A DNA stretch of 54,401 nucleotides from Candidatus Pelagibacter sp. (GTDB taxonomy: Bacteria > Pseudomonadota > Alphaproteobacteria > Pelagibacterales > Pelagibacteraceae). The translations under genes were made by a program, and so were the position numbers. The DNA is taken from NCBI GenBank assembly GCA_016777595.1, contig JADHRE010000001.1, positions 1 to 54,401 on the forward strand. Reading direction: 5' to 3'. Below the pieces are notes generated by a model, which was given only the letters and a program-made list of their open reading frames with translations, was not told the DNA's origin and did not search any database. This document shows, in pieces, positions 1 to 10,753 of this stretch; positions within the stretch are counted from its first letter, which is position 1; every line of letters begins with the position of its first letter.

Positions 1-949
1 TTCTATAATGTCTAGTTACTGTTCCGTGAGCAGCTTCTGATTCAACTGTTTTACCATCTGGAGTCATTAAAACACTTGTCATCAGTCCTAAAGACCCAAA
101 TCCTTGAGCGACAGTATCAGACTGAACATCACCATCATAATTTTTACACGCCCAAACATAACCACCATTCCACTTCATAGCGCATGCCACCATGTCATCA
201 ATTAATCTGTGTTCATAAGTAATTTTTGACGTTTCAAATTTATCCTTAAATTCTTTTTCATAAACTTCTTGAAATAAATCTTTAAATCTACCGTCATAAG
301 CTTTTAAGATTGTATTTTTAGTAGATAAATAAACTGGCCATTTTCTTTCAAGACCATAATTCATACATGCTCTAGCAAAATTTTTTATAGAATCATCTAA
401 ATTATACATTGCTAACGCAGTACCAGGTCCAGTGAAATTAAATACTTCAAATTCTTTTTTATCTTTACCATCTTTAGACGTCCACTTAACTTCCATTTTA
501 CCTTCACCAGGTATCAAAAAATCAGTCGCTCTATATTGATCTCCAAATGCATGACGACCAATAACAATTGGCTTAGTCCAGCCAGGAACTAATTTAGGAA
601 CATTTTTGCAAATAATTGGCTCTCTAAAAACTGTTCCACCTAAAATATTTCTAATTGTTCCGTTAGGTGATCTCCACATCTTTTTAAGTTTAAATTCCTC
701 AACTCTTGCTTCATCAGGTGTAATAGTTGCGCACTTAACACCAACACCATATTGCTTAATTGCATTAGCAGCATCTATAGTAATTTGATCATCAGTTTTA
801 TCCCTACTTTCCATTCCTAAATCATAGTATTTAAGGTCTATTTCTAAATAAGGTTTGATGAGCTTGTCTTTTATGAAAGACCATATAATTCTAGTCATTT
901 CATCACCATCTAACTCAACAACTGGATTTTTAACTTTTATTTTAGCCAT
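1..949 (-). CDS. icd: NADP-dependent isocitrate dehydrogenase (3' end outside window)
   Basis: Not in the ORF track. Reverse-strand reading from ATG at 949 gives [23 protein letters not shown]...[40 protein letters not shown], the type II IDH signature. Confidence 0.95.
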   Translation of the reverse strand, partial: MAKIKVKNPVVELDGDEMTRIIWSFIKDKLIKPYLEIDLKYYDLGMESRDKTDDQITIDAANAIKQYGVGVKCATITPDEARVEEFKLKKMWRSPNGTIRNILGGTVFREPIICKNVPKLVPGWTKPIVIGRHAFGDQYRATDFLIPGEGKMEVKWTSKDGKDKKEFEVFNFTGPGTALAMYNLDDSIKNFARACMNYGLERKWPVYLSTKNTILKAYDGRFKDLFQEVYEKEFKDKFETSKITYEHRLIDDMVACAMKWNGGYVWACKNYDGDVQSDTVAQGFGSLGLMTSVLMTPDGKTVESEAAHGTVTRHYR

Positions 950-1013
950 AAAATATAGATTGATTAACTGTAGTTTTTATACATATTAGGAAAAAATTAT
1001 CAAATTATAAATT

Positions 1014-1661
1014 ATGTTTAATACTATATTTCCCAAAATACATAAAGAAGGTTACAAGTTTTTAGCAATATCTATTTTAGCCACTTTTATAGTTCTATTT
1101 TTTTCAAAATTTATTGGTTTTTTATTTATCTTAATTACAGTTTGGGTTTATTACTTTTTTAGAGATCCAGAAAGATATTCAATAAATGATGATAGTTATT
1201 TAGTAAGTCCTGCCGATGGCTTAATCACAGACATTTCAGAAAAATCTGGCCCAGAAGAACTTAGATTGGAAAACACAACTTTTACAAAAATTAGCATTTT
1301 TATGAACGTGTTCAATTGTCATGTAAACAGAATACCTTCAACTGGAAAAGTGGAAGAAATTTACTATAAACCTGGGAAATTTTTAAACGCTTCCTTAGAT
1401 AAAGCTAGCGAAGAGAATGAGAGAAATTATTTTAAAATTAAATTAAATAATGGCGAAGAGATAGTAATTGTTCAAATCGCCGGCCTAGTAGCGAGAAGAA
1501 TAGTCTGCGAAGTAGAACAAGGCCAAGAATTAAAGCAAGGTGATAGAATAGGAATGATTAGGTTTGGAAGTAGAGTTGATATTTATTTTAAAAACAAAAA
1601 AGTATTAGCACAACTTGGTCAAAACGTTGTAGCAGGAGAAAGTCTACTAGCTTCAGAGTAA
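1014..1661 (+). CDS. psd: Phosphatidylserine decarboxylase proenzyme
   Basis: FFRDPER, VSPADG, HVNRIP and the RFGSRVD self-cleavage motif; adjacent to pssA. Confidence 0.95.
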   Translation: MFNTIFPKIHKEGYKFLAISILATFIVLFFSKFIGFLFILITVWVYYFFRDPERYSINDDSYLVSPADGLITDISEKSGPEELRLENTTFTKISIFMNVFNCHVNRIPSTGKVEEIYYKPGKFLNASLDKASEENERNYFKIKLNNGEEIVIVQIAGLVARRIVCEVEQGQELKQGDRIGMIRFGSRVDIYFKNKKVLAQLGQNVVAGESLLASE

Positions 1662-2452
1662 TGGAAGAAAATAAAAAATTTAAATTAGTTTCATCAAAAA
1701 AAACAAGATACTTATTACCTAATATTCTAACAATTGCAGGAGTTTGCTTAGGTATAAGCTCAATTAAATTTGCGATCGATGGTAATTTTAGTTTAGCAGT
1801 CACTTTAATTTTAATAGCAGCAATTTTAGATGCACTGGATGGAAGAATTGCTCGATTAATTAAAGGAACATCTGAATTTGGAAAAGAATTAGATTCTTTA
1901 ACAGACTTTGTGAGTTTTGGTATAGCCCCGGTTTTTATTCTATATTTTTGGGAATTAAATAATTATGGAAAACTCGGATGGGCTATTACATTAATATATT
2001 CAGTTTGTTGTGTTTTAAGATTAGCTAGATTTAATTTAACTAAAATTAATGAAACAGAAAAATGGAAGAATAATTTCTTCGAAGGTATTCCAGCACCTGC
2101 TGGAGGGCTATTGATTTTAATGCCATTAATTTATGAACTAACTAATTTAAACTTTGGACTAAATGTTAAACAGTTAACTCCATTCTTGACTATTTCAATT
2201 GCAATTTTATTAGTAAGCAAAATCCCAACCTTGGCGTTAAAAAAAATATCTATATCGCCCAAAGCCACTGTTTTCTTGTTATTAGGTATAGGAATAGTTT
2301 TTATAGCACTTTTATTTTATACTTTAGAAACATTATTAATATTTGGAATTAGTTACATAGTTTCAATACCTGTAAGCATATTAATTTATAACAATCAAAA
2401 TAAAAAAAATGTAGAAAAAATATCTGATGATAATCATGAAGATATTTTATAA
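1661..2452 (+). CDS. pssA: CDP-diacylglycerol--serine O-phosphatidyltransferase
   Basis: CDP-alcohol phosphotransferase motif DALDGRIAR...G.ELDSLTDFVSFG, plus LRLARFN. Confidence 0.93.
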   Translation: MEENKKFKLVSSKKTRYLLPNILTIAGVCLGISSIKFAIDGNFSLAVTLILIAAILDALDGRIARLIKGTSEFGKELDSLTDFVSFGIAPVFILYFWELNNYGKLGWAITLIYSVCCVLRLARFNLTKINETEKWKNNFFEGIPAPAGGLLILMPLIYELTNLNFGLNVKQLTPFLTISIAILLVSKIPTLALKKISISPKATVFLLLGIGIVFIALLFYTLETLLIFGISYIVSIPVSILIYNNQNKKNVEKISDDNHEDIL

Positions 2453-3078
2453 TGAAAAAATCGAAAAGAACAAAAAAAAGTAATTCATGGAGAATCAAAC
2501 AACACAGAGATCAATTTTTTAAAAAATCAAAGGCTTTAGGTTATCGATCCAGAGCATCATTTAAATTAATTGAGATTAATAAAAAATTTAAATTCATCAA
2601 AAATAAAACTAACTTGTTAGATTTAGGATCTTGCCCAGGTGGGTGGAGTCAAGTAGCAAGTGAATTAATTAAAACAGGTAAAATAATGTCTATAGATATT
2701 AAAGATATGAAGCCAATTAAAAATTTAAAATTTATCAAAGGAGATATTTTTGAAGATGAGATAAAAGATGTAGTTATTAGTTATTTTAAGTCAAATTTAG
2801 ATGTAATTGTATCTGATATGGCCGCTGATACTACTGGGAACAAATCATTAGACTCAATAAGAACAAATCAATTATGTGCCGAAGTAATAAATCTATCTAA
2901 GAACACCCTAAAACCTAAAGGTGTATTAGTTTCAAAAATTTTTATGGGAGAGGACTTTATAGAAGTGAAAAATCTAGCAAAATCGGTGTTTAAAAAAGTA
3001 AATTTTTTTAAGCCAGAATCTAGCAGAAAAGAGTCAAAAGAAACTTATTTACATTGTGAAATTTTAAAGTCTTTATAA
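2452..3078 (+). CDS. rlmE: 23S rRNA Um2552 methyltransferase (FtsJ/RrmJ)
   Basis: GYRSRASFKL, DLGSCPGGWSQ, VSDMA, KPESSRKESKETY. Confidence 0.95.
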   Translation: MKKSKRTKKSNSWRIKQHRDQFFKKSKALGYRSRASFKLIEINKKFKFIKNKTNLLDLGSCPGGWSQVASELIKTGKIMSIDIKDMKPIKNLKFIKGDIFEDEIKDVVISYFKSNLDVIVSDMAADTTGNKSLDSIRTNQLCAEVINLSKNTLKPKGVLVSKIFMGEDFIEVKNLAKSVFKKVNFFKPESSRKESKETYLHCEILKSL

Positions 3079-3104
3079 ATAAAAATAATTGTATATAAGT
3101 TATT

Positions 3105-4184
3105 ATGGATGCAATTAAAGAAGCGTTAACCTTTGATGATATTTTACTTTTACCCAGATATTCTTCCGTCTTGCCCTCAAGAACAAATATACACCTCCAA
3201 TTAACAAAAAAAATTTCTCTTAAAGTTCCATTTTTATCTTCCGCAATGGACACAGTAACAGAGTCTAAAATGGCCATAGCAATAGGCAAAGAAGGTGGTA
3301 TAGGAATTATTCACCGAAATTTAAGCATAAAAAATCAATCACAAGAAGTAAAAAAAGTAAAAAATAAAAAATTACTCGTTGGAGCAGCTATAGGCACCAA
3401 TGAAGAAGATATGGATAGAGCGAGATCGTTAATATCTAACGGTGCTGATTTGATAGTCATTGATACAGCTCATGGCCATAGTGAAAAAGTTCTTAAAACT
3501 TTAGCAAAAATTAGAAAAATCATAAAAAAAATTCCAATTTGTGTTGGAAATATTGCAACGGGAGAAGCTGCAAAAAAATTATATAATTCAGGAGCTGATA
3601 TAATAAAAGTTGGAATTGGGCCTGGATCGATTTGTACAACTAGAATGGTAGCTGGAATAGGCGTGCCTCAAATATCAGCTATTATAGAGGTTAAAAAAGC
3701 ACTTAATAAAAAAAATATAAAAATAATTTCTGACGGCGGAATTAAATTTTCAGGAGATATTGCAAAAGCTTTAGCCGCAGGGGCTGATGCTATAATGATG
3801 GGGTCAATTTTTGCTGGTACTGAAGAAAGTCCAGGAAAAAAATTTAAAGTAAAAGGAAAATTTTTTAAAGAATATAGAGGAATGGGCTCAATAGGCGCAA
3901 TGTCAGCTGGGTCGGCGAATAGATATTTTCAAAAAAATTTTAAAGATAAATCAAAATTTGTACCAGAAGGAGTAGAGGGTAGAGTAGAATATAAAGGAAA
4001 GGTATCTGAAATAATATATCAACTACAAGGTGGATTGAGATCTTCAATGGGATATATTGGAGCTAAAAATTTAAAAGAAATAAATAAAAAAGCAAAATTT
4101 ATAAAAATTACAAAAGCAGGATTTTACGAAAGCATGGTACATAGCGTGGAAATGACGCAAAAAACAATAAACTATAAATTATGA
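3105..4184 (+). CDS. guaB: IMP dehydrogenase, short form without CBS domains
   Basis: [19 protein letters not shown], catalytic [23 protein letters not shown]. Confidence 0.95.
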   Translation: MDAIKEALTFDDILLLPRYSSVLPSRTNIHLQLTKKISLKVPFLSSAMDTVTESKMAIAIGKEGGIGIIHRNLSIKNQSQEVKKVKNKKLLVGAAIGTNEEDMDRARSLISNGADLIVIDTAHGHSEKVLKTLAKIRKIIKKIPICVGNIATGEAAKKLYNSGADIIKVGIGPGSICTTRMVAGIGVPQISAIIEVKKALNKKNIKIISDGGIKFSGDIAKALAAGADAIMMGSIFAGTEESPGKKFKVKGKFFKEYRGMGSIGAMSAGSANRYFQKNFKDKSKFVPEGVEGRVEYKGKVSEIIYQLQGGLRSSMGYIGAKNLKEINKKAKFIKITKAGFYESMVHSVEMTQKTINYKL

Positions 4185-4603
4185 TAAAAAAAATATTTAT
4201 CTCTTTTTTTCTTTTTTTACTAGCACCAAATATTTTATTTGCCAAATCTAAATTTTATAAAGATGGAGTCGATTTATTTAATAAAAAAAAATTTGATGAA
4301 GCTAGATTTAAATTTGAACAAGATATAGTTTATAATCCAAAAAATGAGTCATCTTATTTATATTTATCAAAAATTTTTAACAAAAGAGAAAATATAATTC
4401 TAGAGGAACAAAATTTAAATACAGTTATGTTATTAAATCCCAAAAATGAAGAGGCAGTTTATAGTCTAGCAAAATTAAAATTGTCCTCATCCGATTACAA
4501 CAAAAGTAAAGAACTTAATAAAAAATTAAAAGCTATATGTATTAATTTTTGCAATCAAAGCGACGAATTAAAAATTGAAATTGAAAATTTATCAAAAAAA
4601 TAA
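4181..4603 (+). CDS. Exported TPR-repeat protein
   Basis: N-terminal signal-like hydrophobic stretch; TPR-like helices with NPKN turns; C-terminal CxxxC. Confidence 0.7.
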   Translation: MIKKIFISFFLFLLAPNILFAKSKFYKDGVDLFNKKKFDEARFKFEQDIVYNPKNESSYLYLSKIFNKRENIILEEQNLNTVMLLNPKNEEAVYSLAKLKLSSSDYNKSKELNKKLKAICINFCNQSDELKIEIENLSKK

Positions 4604-6163
4604 ATGCAATCTCAAAAAAATAAAGATAAAATTTTAATTGTTGATTTTGGCTCACAAGTAACAAAACTAATAGCAAGAAGAATAAGGGAACTTGGTGTAT
4701 ATTCTGAAATAATCACACCAAAAAAAATTAATAAATTAAGAGATTATAATGATATTAAAGGAATTATATTTTCTGGAGGCCCCTCAACAGTCACAGCTAC
4801 AAAATTTGAAACTGTTCCAAAGGAAATATTTAAAAAAAAAATACCAATATTAGGAATATGTTATGGTCTACAACTAATAGCAAAAATATTAGGCGGTAAA
4901 ATCAAACCTTCAAAAAAAAGAAGAGAATTTGGAAGAGCCTATTTATTTAAAAAAAAAAATTCTCCTTTAACTAACAAATATCTTGAAATTAGGAAAGCTG
5001 TATGGATGAGTCATGAAGATGCTGTAGTCAAGCTGCCTAAGAATTTTAAAACAGTTGCCTCAACTAAGGACTCTAAATTAACAATAATAGAAAATACACA
5101 AGATAAAATTTACGGTGTACAGTTTCATCCAGAAGTAACACATACAGATAATGGAAAACAAATATTTAAAAATTTTTTATTTTTAATTTGTAAAATAAGA
5201 AAAAAATGGAATATTCCATCCCAACAAAATAAATTAATAGATGAGATAAAAAATAAAGTTAAAAATGACAAAGTTATTTGTGCTCTATCTGGAGGTGTGG
5301 ATAGCAGCGTGGTTGCACTATTAGTTAATAAGGCAATTAAAAAAAATCTTATTTGTATAATGGTGGACACAGGATTAATGAGAAAGAATGAATTTAAATA
5401 TACTTATAGATTATTTAAAAATAAATATAAACTTAATGTTAAATTAATTGATGCTTCAAAAATATTTTTAAAAAGGCTTAAAAATATTTCAAACCCCGAA
5501 AAAAAAAGAAAAATAATCGGAAATTTATTTATTAAAGTTTTTGAGAAAGAGTCAAAAAAAAATAAAAAAATTAAGTTTTTAGCTCAAGGCACTCTTTACC
5601 CAGATATTATTGAGAGCAAATCTTCATCTGGAAGTAAAACTTCTAAAATAAAATCTCATCATAATGTAGGAGGATTACCAAAAAAAATGAATTTGCAATT
5701 GATAGAACCATTGAAAGAATTTTTTAAAGATGAGGTCAGAATTTTAGGAAAATCTCTAGGATTGGTAGACTCAATAAATTATAAACATCCTTTTCCTGGC
5801 CCAGGTTTAGGAATTAGAATAATAGGAGACATAACACAAGAAAGAATTAAGATACTTCAAGAAGCAGACAATATTTACATAAAAGAATTAATTAAAAAAA
5901 AACTGTACAAGAGAATTTGGCAAGCATATGCTGCTTTATTGCCAATTAAGACCGTCGGTGTAATGGGAGACTTAAGAACATATGAAAATATTTGTTTATT
6001 AAGAGCTGTAGTATCTGAGGATGGAATGACAGCAGATTATTTTAATTTTCCAAAATTTTTTTTAGATAACATTTCTAATAAAATTATAAATAATGTTAAG
6101 GGAATTAATAGAGTTGTTTATGATATTACATCAAAACCACCTAGCACAATTGAACTAGAATAA
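4604..6163 (+). CDS. guaA: GMP synthase (glutamine-hydrolysing)
   Basis: [46 protein letters not shown]. Confidence 0.97.
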   Translation: MQSQKNKDKILIVDFGSQVTKLIARRIRELGVYSEIITPKKINKLRDYNDIKGIIFSGGPSTVTATKFETVPKEIFKKKIPILGICYGLQLIAKILGGKIKPSKKRREFGRAYLFKKKNSPLTNKYLEIRKAVWMSHEDAVVKLPKNFKTVASTKDSKLTIIENTQDKIYGVQFHPEVTHTDNGKQIFKNFLFLICKIRKKWNIPSQQNKLIDEIKNKVKNDKVICALSGGVDSSVVALLVNKAIKKNLICIMVDTGLMRKNEFKYTYRLFKNKYKLNVKLIDASKIFLKRLKNISNPEKKRKIIGNLFIKVFEKESKKNKKIKFLAQGTLYPDIIESKSSSGSKTSKIKSHHNVGGLPKKMNLQLIEPLKEFFKDEVRILGKSLGLVDSINYKHPFPGPGLGIRIIGDITQERIKILQEADNIYIKELIKKKLYKRIWQAYAALLPIKTVGVMGDLRTYENICLLRAVVSEDGMTADYFNFPKFFLDNISNKIINNVKGINRVVYDITSKPPSTIELE

Positions 6164-6942
6164 TGAGCAAAAAAATAAAAAAAATTTTATTAAAAAAAAA
6201 TAAATCAAAAATTGTTTGTTTGACAGCTTATTCGAAAGCAATAGCTAAGATTTTAGATAATTTTTGTGACATAATTCTTGTTGGAGACTCTATGGCGAAT
6301 GTTTTATATGGGCACAAAGGTACACATAAATTAAGCTTAGATAATATAATTCAACATACATCAAGCGTAAGATTAGGAGTTAAAAAATCTCTTTTAGTTG
6401 CTGACATGCCTAAGGGAACTTATGAAAATCCAAAATCAGCAAAAACAAATGCAAAATTAATTATAAAAAAAACAGGATGTGATGCCGTTAAATTGGAAAG
6501 TAATAAAAATAATTATAAGATAATTAAATTTTTAATAAATGAAAAAATACCCGTTATGGGGCACATAGGATATACACCTCAGCACAAAAAAAAATTTAAA
6601 ATAGAAGGTAAAACTAAAAATGAAGCTTTAAAGCTTTTAAAGGAAGCAAAATTAATAGAAAAATCTGGTGCGTTTGCAATTGTTCTAGAATGTTTATCAC
6701 CACAATCCGCTAAAATGATCACAAATAAAATAAAAATACCCACTATTGGTATTGGTTCTTCTGTTTATTGTGATGGGCAAATTCTAGTTACAGACGATAT
6801 GCTTGGATTAAGTGGTTTTTATCCAAAATTTGTTAAAAAATACGCAAACATTAATAGAATTATTGAAAAAGCTGTAAAAAAATATACTAGAGATGTAAAA
6901 TTAAAAAATTTTCCATCAAAAATACATAACTATAATGGATAA
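6163..6942 (+). CDS. panB: 3-methyl-2-oxobutanoate hydroxymethyltransferase
   Basis: LTAY, ILVGDS, VADMP, VMGHIG, PTIGIG...CDGQILV.DDMLG. Confidence 0.95.
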   Translation: MSKKIKKILLKKNKSKIVCLTAYSKAIAKILDNFCDIILVGDSMANVLYGHKGTHKLSLDNIIQHTSSVRLGVKKSLLVADMPKGTYENPKSAKTNAKLIIKKTGCDAVKLESNKNNYKIIKFLINEKIPVMGHIGYTPQHKKKFKIEGKTKNEALKLLKEAKLIEKSGAFAIVLECLSPQSAKMITNKIKIPTIGIGSSVYCDGQILVTDDMLGLSGFYPKFVKKYANINRIIEKAVKKYTRDVKLKNFPSKIHNYNG

Positions 6943-7441
6943 TAGTCTAGATAATAATATCAACCCAACAAATAAGATTAAATTATTTTACAGTAGTAAT
7001 AAATTAAAAATTATTTTTATTTTTATTTCATTATTTTTATTACTCATCTCAATAATTGTATTTAATGTATTAAAAGAAAAGAAGAATAATTCAATAGCAG
7101 AAAAATACGTGCAGGCAGGGCTATATTTATCTTCAGGAGAAAAAAACAAGGCAAAAAATTTTTATGAGGAAATTATTAACAGTAAAAATAAAGTCTATTC
7201 AATTCTTGCTTTAAATTTAATTATTGAAAAAAATTTAGTTGATGAAAAAAAGCTAATTTTAAATTATTTTCAAAAATTAGAAAAAATTAATTATACTAAA
7301 GATAAATCTGATTTAATTAAGCTAAAAAAAGCATTATATTTAATTAAGACAGGTGAAAAAAACATAGGTGAGACAATACTAAAAAATTTAGTCAAAGAAA
7401 AATCAATTCTAGGAAAAATTTCACAACAAATTCTTGAATAA
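6935..7441 (+). CDS. Membrane-anchored TPR-like protein (YfgM-like)
   Basis: Single N-terminal TM helix then helical repeats; sits between panB and a beta-propeller lipoprotein, as in other alphaproteobacteria. Confidence 0.55.
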   Translation: MDNSLDNNINPTNKIKLFYSSNKLKIIFIFISLFLLLISIIVFNVLKEKKNNSIAEKYVQAGLYLSSGEKNKAKNFYEEIINSKNKVYSILALNLIIEKNLVDEKKLILNYFQKLEKINYTKDKSDLIKLKKALYLIKTGEKNIGETILKNLVKEKSILGKISQQILE

Positions 7442-7445
7442 AATA

Positions 7446-8771
7446 ATGAAATTATTTTATTTTTATTTAATTATTATTTTTTTATCATCTTGCTCTTTCG
7501 ACAATAAATCTGGTATTTGGAGCAATGAATCATTTTCAATCTCAAAAAAAGATGATCAATTTAAGGATTTCAAAAAATTTTCATCATCAGAAAAATTATT
7601 TAATGAGATTATAGAATTTGATGATAATTATAAATTTAAAATATCTACACCCAAAAAAAATATTGAGTGGAAAGATATTTTTTATAAAAATAATAATAAT
7701 TTAGATAATTTTAAATATAAAGATCTTAATGAACTTTCGTTTAAAAGTAAAAAAATTTCAAGAAATAAAATAAATAATCTTTTACTTTTTAAATCGAAAA
7801 ACTTAGTTGCAAATGATGAAAATGGCGATCTAATAATCTTTTCAACAGGCAAAGATAATTTTTCACACAAATTTAACTTTTATAAAAAAAAATATAAAAA
7901 AATAAAAAAAAAATTAAACTTGATATTAGAAAATAATATCATTTTTGTATCGGATAATTTAGGTTATCTTTATGCGTATAATTATTCTGAGAAAAAAATT
8001 TTATGGGCTAAAAAATATAAAATTCCCTTTAGATCAAATTTGAAAATAACAGAAAAAATGTTGATCGCATCTAATCAAAATAATGAACTAATTTTTTTTG
8101 ATAAAAATAATGGCAATATAATTAAAGCAATACCAACTGAAGAAGATATTATTAAGAATCAATTTATTAATAGTTTATCCCTAGATAAGAATAGCTTATA
8201 TTTTTTAAATTCATTTGGCTCCTTGTATTCAGTGAGTCTTAAAAATATTGATATAAATTGGTTTATAAATTTAAACCAATCCACTGATCTAAACCCTTCA
8301 AATCTTTTTTTAGGAAATGAAATCATAAATGAAAATAATAAAATTGTAATTTCTGCAAATCAATCGACATATATTATCAATAGCGAAAATGGTTCAATTT
8401 TAAGTAAATTTGATTTTTCCACAAATCTTAAGCCTTTAATTTATGAGAATTATATTTTTTTTATTACAAAAAATAATTTAATCATCTGCATGAATATAAA
8501 TACTTCGGAAATTATTTATTCATATGATATCAATCAATTAATTGCTGATTTTCTAAAAATAGATAAAAAAGATGCAATATTTAAAAGCTATATGATATTG
8601 AACAGCCAAATATTTATCTTTCTTGAAAATTCCTACGTTTTAAAATTTAAAATGAACGGAAGCATAGACAATATTTATAAATTGCCTTCAAAAATTAAGT
8701 CTCAACCAATAATAATTGACGAGTCCATATTATTTTTGAATAAAAAAAATAATCTTGTTATTATTAACTAA
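7446..8771 (+). CDS. PQQ-like beta-propeller lipoprotein (BamB-like)
   Basis: Lipobox LSSC; propeller blades such as DNLGYLYAYN..KILW and SFGSLYSV..INW. Alternative TTG start at 7434. Confidence 0.65.
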   Translation: MKLFYFYLIIIFLSSCSFDNKSGIWSNESFSISKKDDQFKDFKKFSSSEKLFNEIIEFDDNYKFKISTPKKNIEWKDIFYKNNNNLDNFKYKDLNELSFKSKKISRNKINNLLLFKSKNLVANDENGDLIIFSTGKDNFSHKFNFYKKKYKKIKKKLNLILENNIIFVSDNLGYLYAYNYSEKKILWAKKYKIPFRSNLKITEKMLIASNQNNELIFFDKNNGNIIKAIPTEEDIIKNQFINSLSLDKNSLYFLNSFGSLYSVSLKNIDINWFINLNQSTDLNPSNLFLGNEIINENNKIVISANQSTYIINSENGSILSKFDFSTNLKPLIYENYIFFITKNNLIICMNINTSEIIYSYDINQLIADFLKIDKKDAIFKSYMILNSQIFIFLENSYVLKFKMNGSIDNIYKLPSKIKSQPIIIDESILFLNKKNNLVIIN

Positions 8772-10249
8772 TTATTAGACTTTCCACTCAATAAAGATAA
8801 TTGTTTAATTTTAAGTCCTTGTAAATTATCGTTAGGTTTAATTGGATAATCACCAGTAAAATAGTGATCACTAAATTGGGGATAACTATTATTTCTTTTC
8901 TGACCTAAGAGAGCTTTATAAAGACCTTCTAAGCTTAAAAATTTTAAACTTTTAGCATTTATAAACTGACACATTTCATGATTATTTTTCATAAAAGCAA
9001 GCAATTCTTCTTTAGTAGGCATATCAACGCCATAAAAATCAGGGTATCTAATCTCTGGGCACGCAATTCTAACATGAACTTCTTTTGCGCCACTTTCATA
9101 AAGCATTTTAACAATTTTATGACAAGTAGTTCCCCTGACTAAAGAGTCATCAATTAGAATTATTGATTTGTTTTTAACAATAGTTTTTGTAGAACTCAAT
9201 TTAAGTTTTACTCCCAAACTTCTAATATTTTGAGTTGGTTCGATAAATGTTCTTCCAACATAATGATTCCTTATTAAACCTAATTCAAATTGTTTTTGCG
9301 ATTGGTCAGAGTACCCCAGAGCCGCTGGCACACCAGAGTCTGGCACAGGAACCACAAAGTCAGCTTCACAATCCGTCTCCTTTGCTAGTTCGATGCCTAA
9401 TCTCTTTCTATATTCATAGGCACACTTGTTTTTTATTATACTATCTGGCCTAGCAAAATAAATATATTCAAAAACACAAGGTCGAGGTTTTTGTATTGGA
9501 AACGGTTTAACAGATTTTAATTCATTATTCTCTATGATCACTATTTCACCATTTTCAACTTCTCTAACAAAAGTTGCTCCAACAATATCTAATGCACAAG
9601 TTTCAGAAGCAAAAATATATGAATCTTTTAATTTACCTATTACCAATGGTCGTATTCCATAGGGATCTCTAACAGCGACTAATTTTTTATTAGTCATTAG
9701 AATTAAAGAATATCCACCTTGTATTTGAAACAAAGCTTCAATTAATTTATCAGTAAATTTTTCCCTTTTTGATTTAGCTATAAGTTGTACAATTGTTTCT
9801 GTGTCGCTAGTTGTTCTGAAAATTGCTCCCTCTTTGACTAATATTTCTCTTAGTATTAGTGCATTAGTTAAATTTCCATTATGAGCAACACTTAACCCAC
9901 CCATGTGCAAATCAGCAAAAAAAGGCTGAATATTTCTTATAGAGGTTTCGCCGGTAGTGGAGTAACGATTATGACCAATTGCAAATTCTCCAGGAAGTTT
10001 TTTTAAAGTTTCAGGATTTGTAAAATGATCTCCAACTAAGCCTTGTCTTTTTTCGGAGTGATAATTTTTTCCATCAAAAGAGACAATACCACAGCCTTCC
10101 TGACCTCTATGTTGTAAAGCATGAAGACCTAAAGCAACTAATGCGGAAGCATCTCCGTGATTAGATATGCCAAATATTCCACATTCTTCTCTTAACTTGT
10201 CTGAATTAAAATTTTTCAATTTTTTCTTTTGTATCAATGAAATCTTCAC
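8768..10249 (-). CDS. purF: Amidophosphoribosyltransferase
   Basis: Propeptide then EECGIFG, LQHRGQE, GHNRYST, PRPP motif ILIDDSLVRGTT. Start may be TTG at 10237. Confidence 0.97.
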   Translation of the reverse strand: MKISLIQKKKLKNFNSDKLREECGIFGISNHGDASALVALGLHALQHRGQEGCGIVSFDGKNYHSEKRQGLVGDHFTNPETLKKLPGEFAIGHNRYSTTGETSIRNIQPFFADLHMGGLSVAHNGNLTNALILREILVKEGAIFRTTSDTETIVQLIAKSKREKFTDKLIEALFQIQGGYSLILMTNKKLVAVRDPYGIRPLVIGKLKDSYIFASETCALDIVGATFVREVENGEIVIIENNELKSVKPFPIQKPRPCVFEYIYFARPDSIIKNKCAYEYRKRLGIELAKETDCEADFVVPVPDSGVPAALGYSDQSQKQFELGLIRNHYVGRTFIEPTQNIRSLGVKLKLSSTKTIVKNKSIILIDDSLVRGTTCHKIVKMLYESGAKEVHVRIACPEIRYPDFYGVDMPTKEELLAFMKNNHEMCQFINAKSLKFLSLEGLYKALLGQKRNNSYPQFSDHYFTGDYPIKPNDNLQGLKIKQLSLLSGKSNN

Positions 10250-10751
10250 TTGAAGGAAATTCTTTTATTAAGATCTCATTGCCTTTATTTATTAATTTAA
10301 ACGATATCGCCTTTTCAACTGATATACCCCAATTTTGATAAGGATAAAACCAATTAAAAATTGAAAATAAACACACCGCAACAATATATCCTTTAAAAAA
10401 ACCAAACAATAAACCAAATCCTTTATCTATAGACCCAACACCAGTCCAGGTTATAGTTTTACTTAAAGTTTTTCCAATTAAAATTATTATAAATAAAGTT
10501 AAAATAAAAATTACCACTCCAAGTCCTACGCTATTAACAAATTTTGATTCAATGTATTGGCTTACTATAGGTTGAAATTTTGGGGTCAATATGATTGTTG
10601 TTATTGTTGATAAAACCCATTTCATAAATGAAATTAAACTCAAGGAAAATCCCTTAAAAAAACATTGAAATATATTGTAGGTTAGAATTAGCAAGAAAAA
10701 AATATCTAACAAATTTAGATTATTCAAAAAATTAACTACAAAATCTTCCAT
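10206..10751 (-). CDS. cvpA: CvpA (colicin V production) family membrane protein
   Basis: Multi-TM protein with KGF and IDKGFGLLFGFFKG; directly upstream of purF. Confidence 0.88.
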   Translation of the reverse strand: MEDFVVNFLNNLNLLDIFFLLILTYNIFQCFFKGFSLSLISFMKWVLSTITTIILTPKFQPIVSQYIESKFVNSVGLGVVIFILTLFIIILIGKTLSKTITWTGVGSIDKGFGLLFGFFKGYIVAVCLFSIFNWFYPYQNWGISVEKAISFKLINKGNEILIKEFPSSEDFIDTKEKIEKF

Positions 10752-10753
10752 TA

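Noticed and set aside
606-788. 60-aa plus-strand ORF
   Set aside because: Antisense shadow of icd, which the ORF track missed because it is truncated by the window edge.
6935-8771. Very AT-rich envelope genes (also lptFG, surA, 29351-30391 and 43186-45351) as horizontally acquired islands
   Set aside because: They occupy conserved alphaproteobacterial positions. Low GC is better explained by weak constraint under AT bias.
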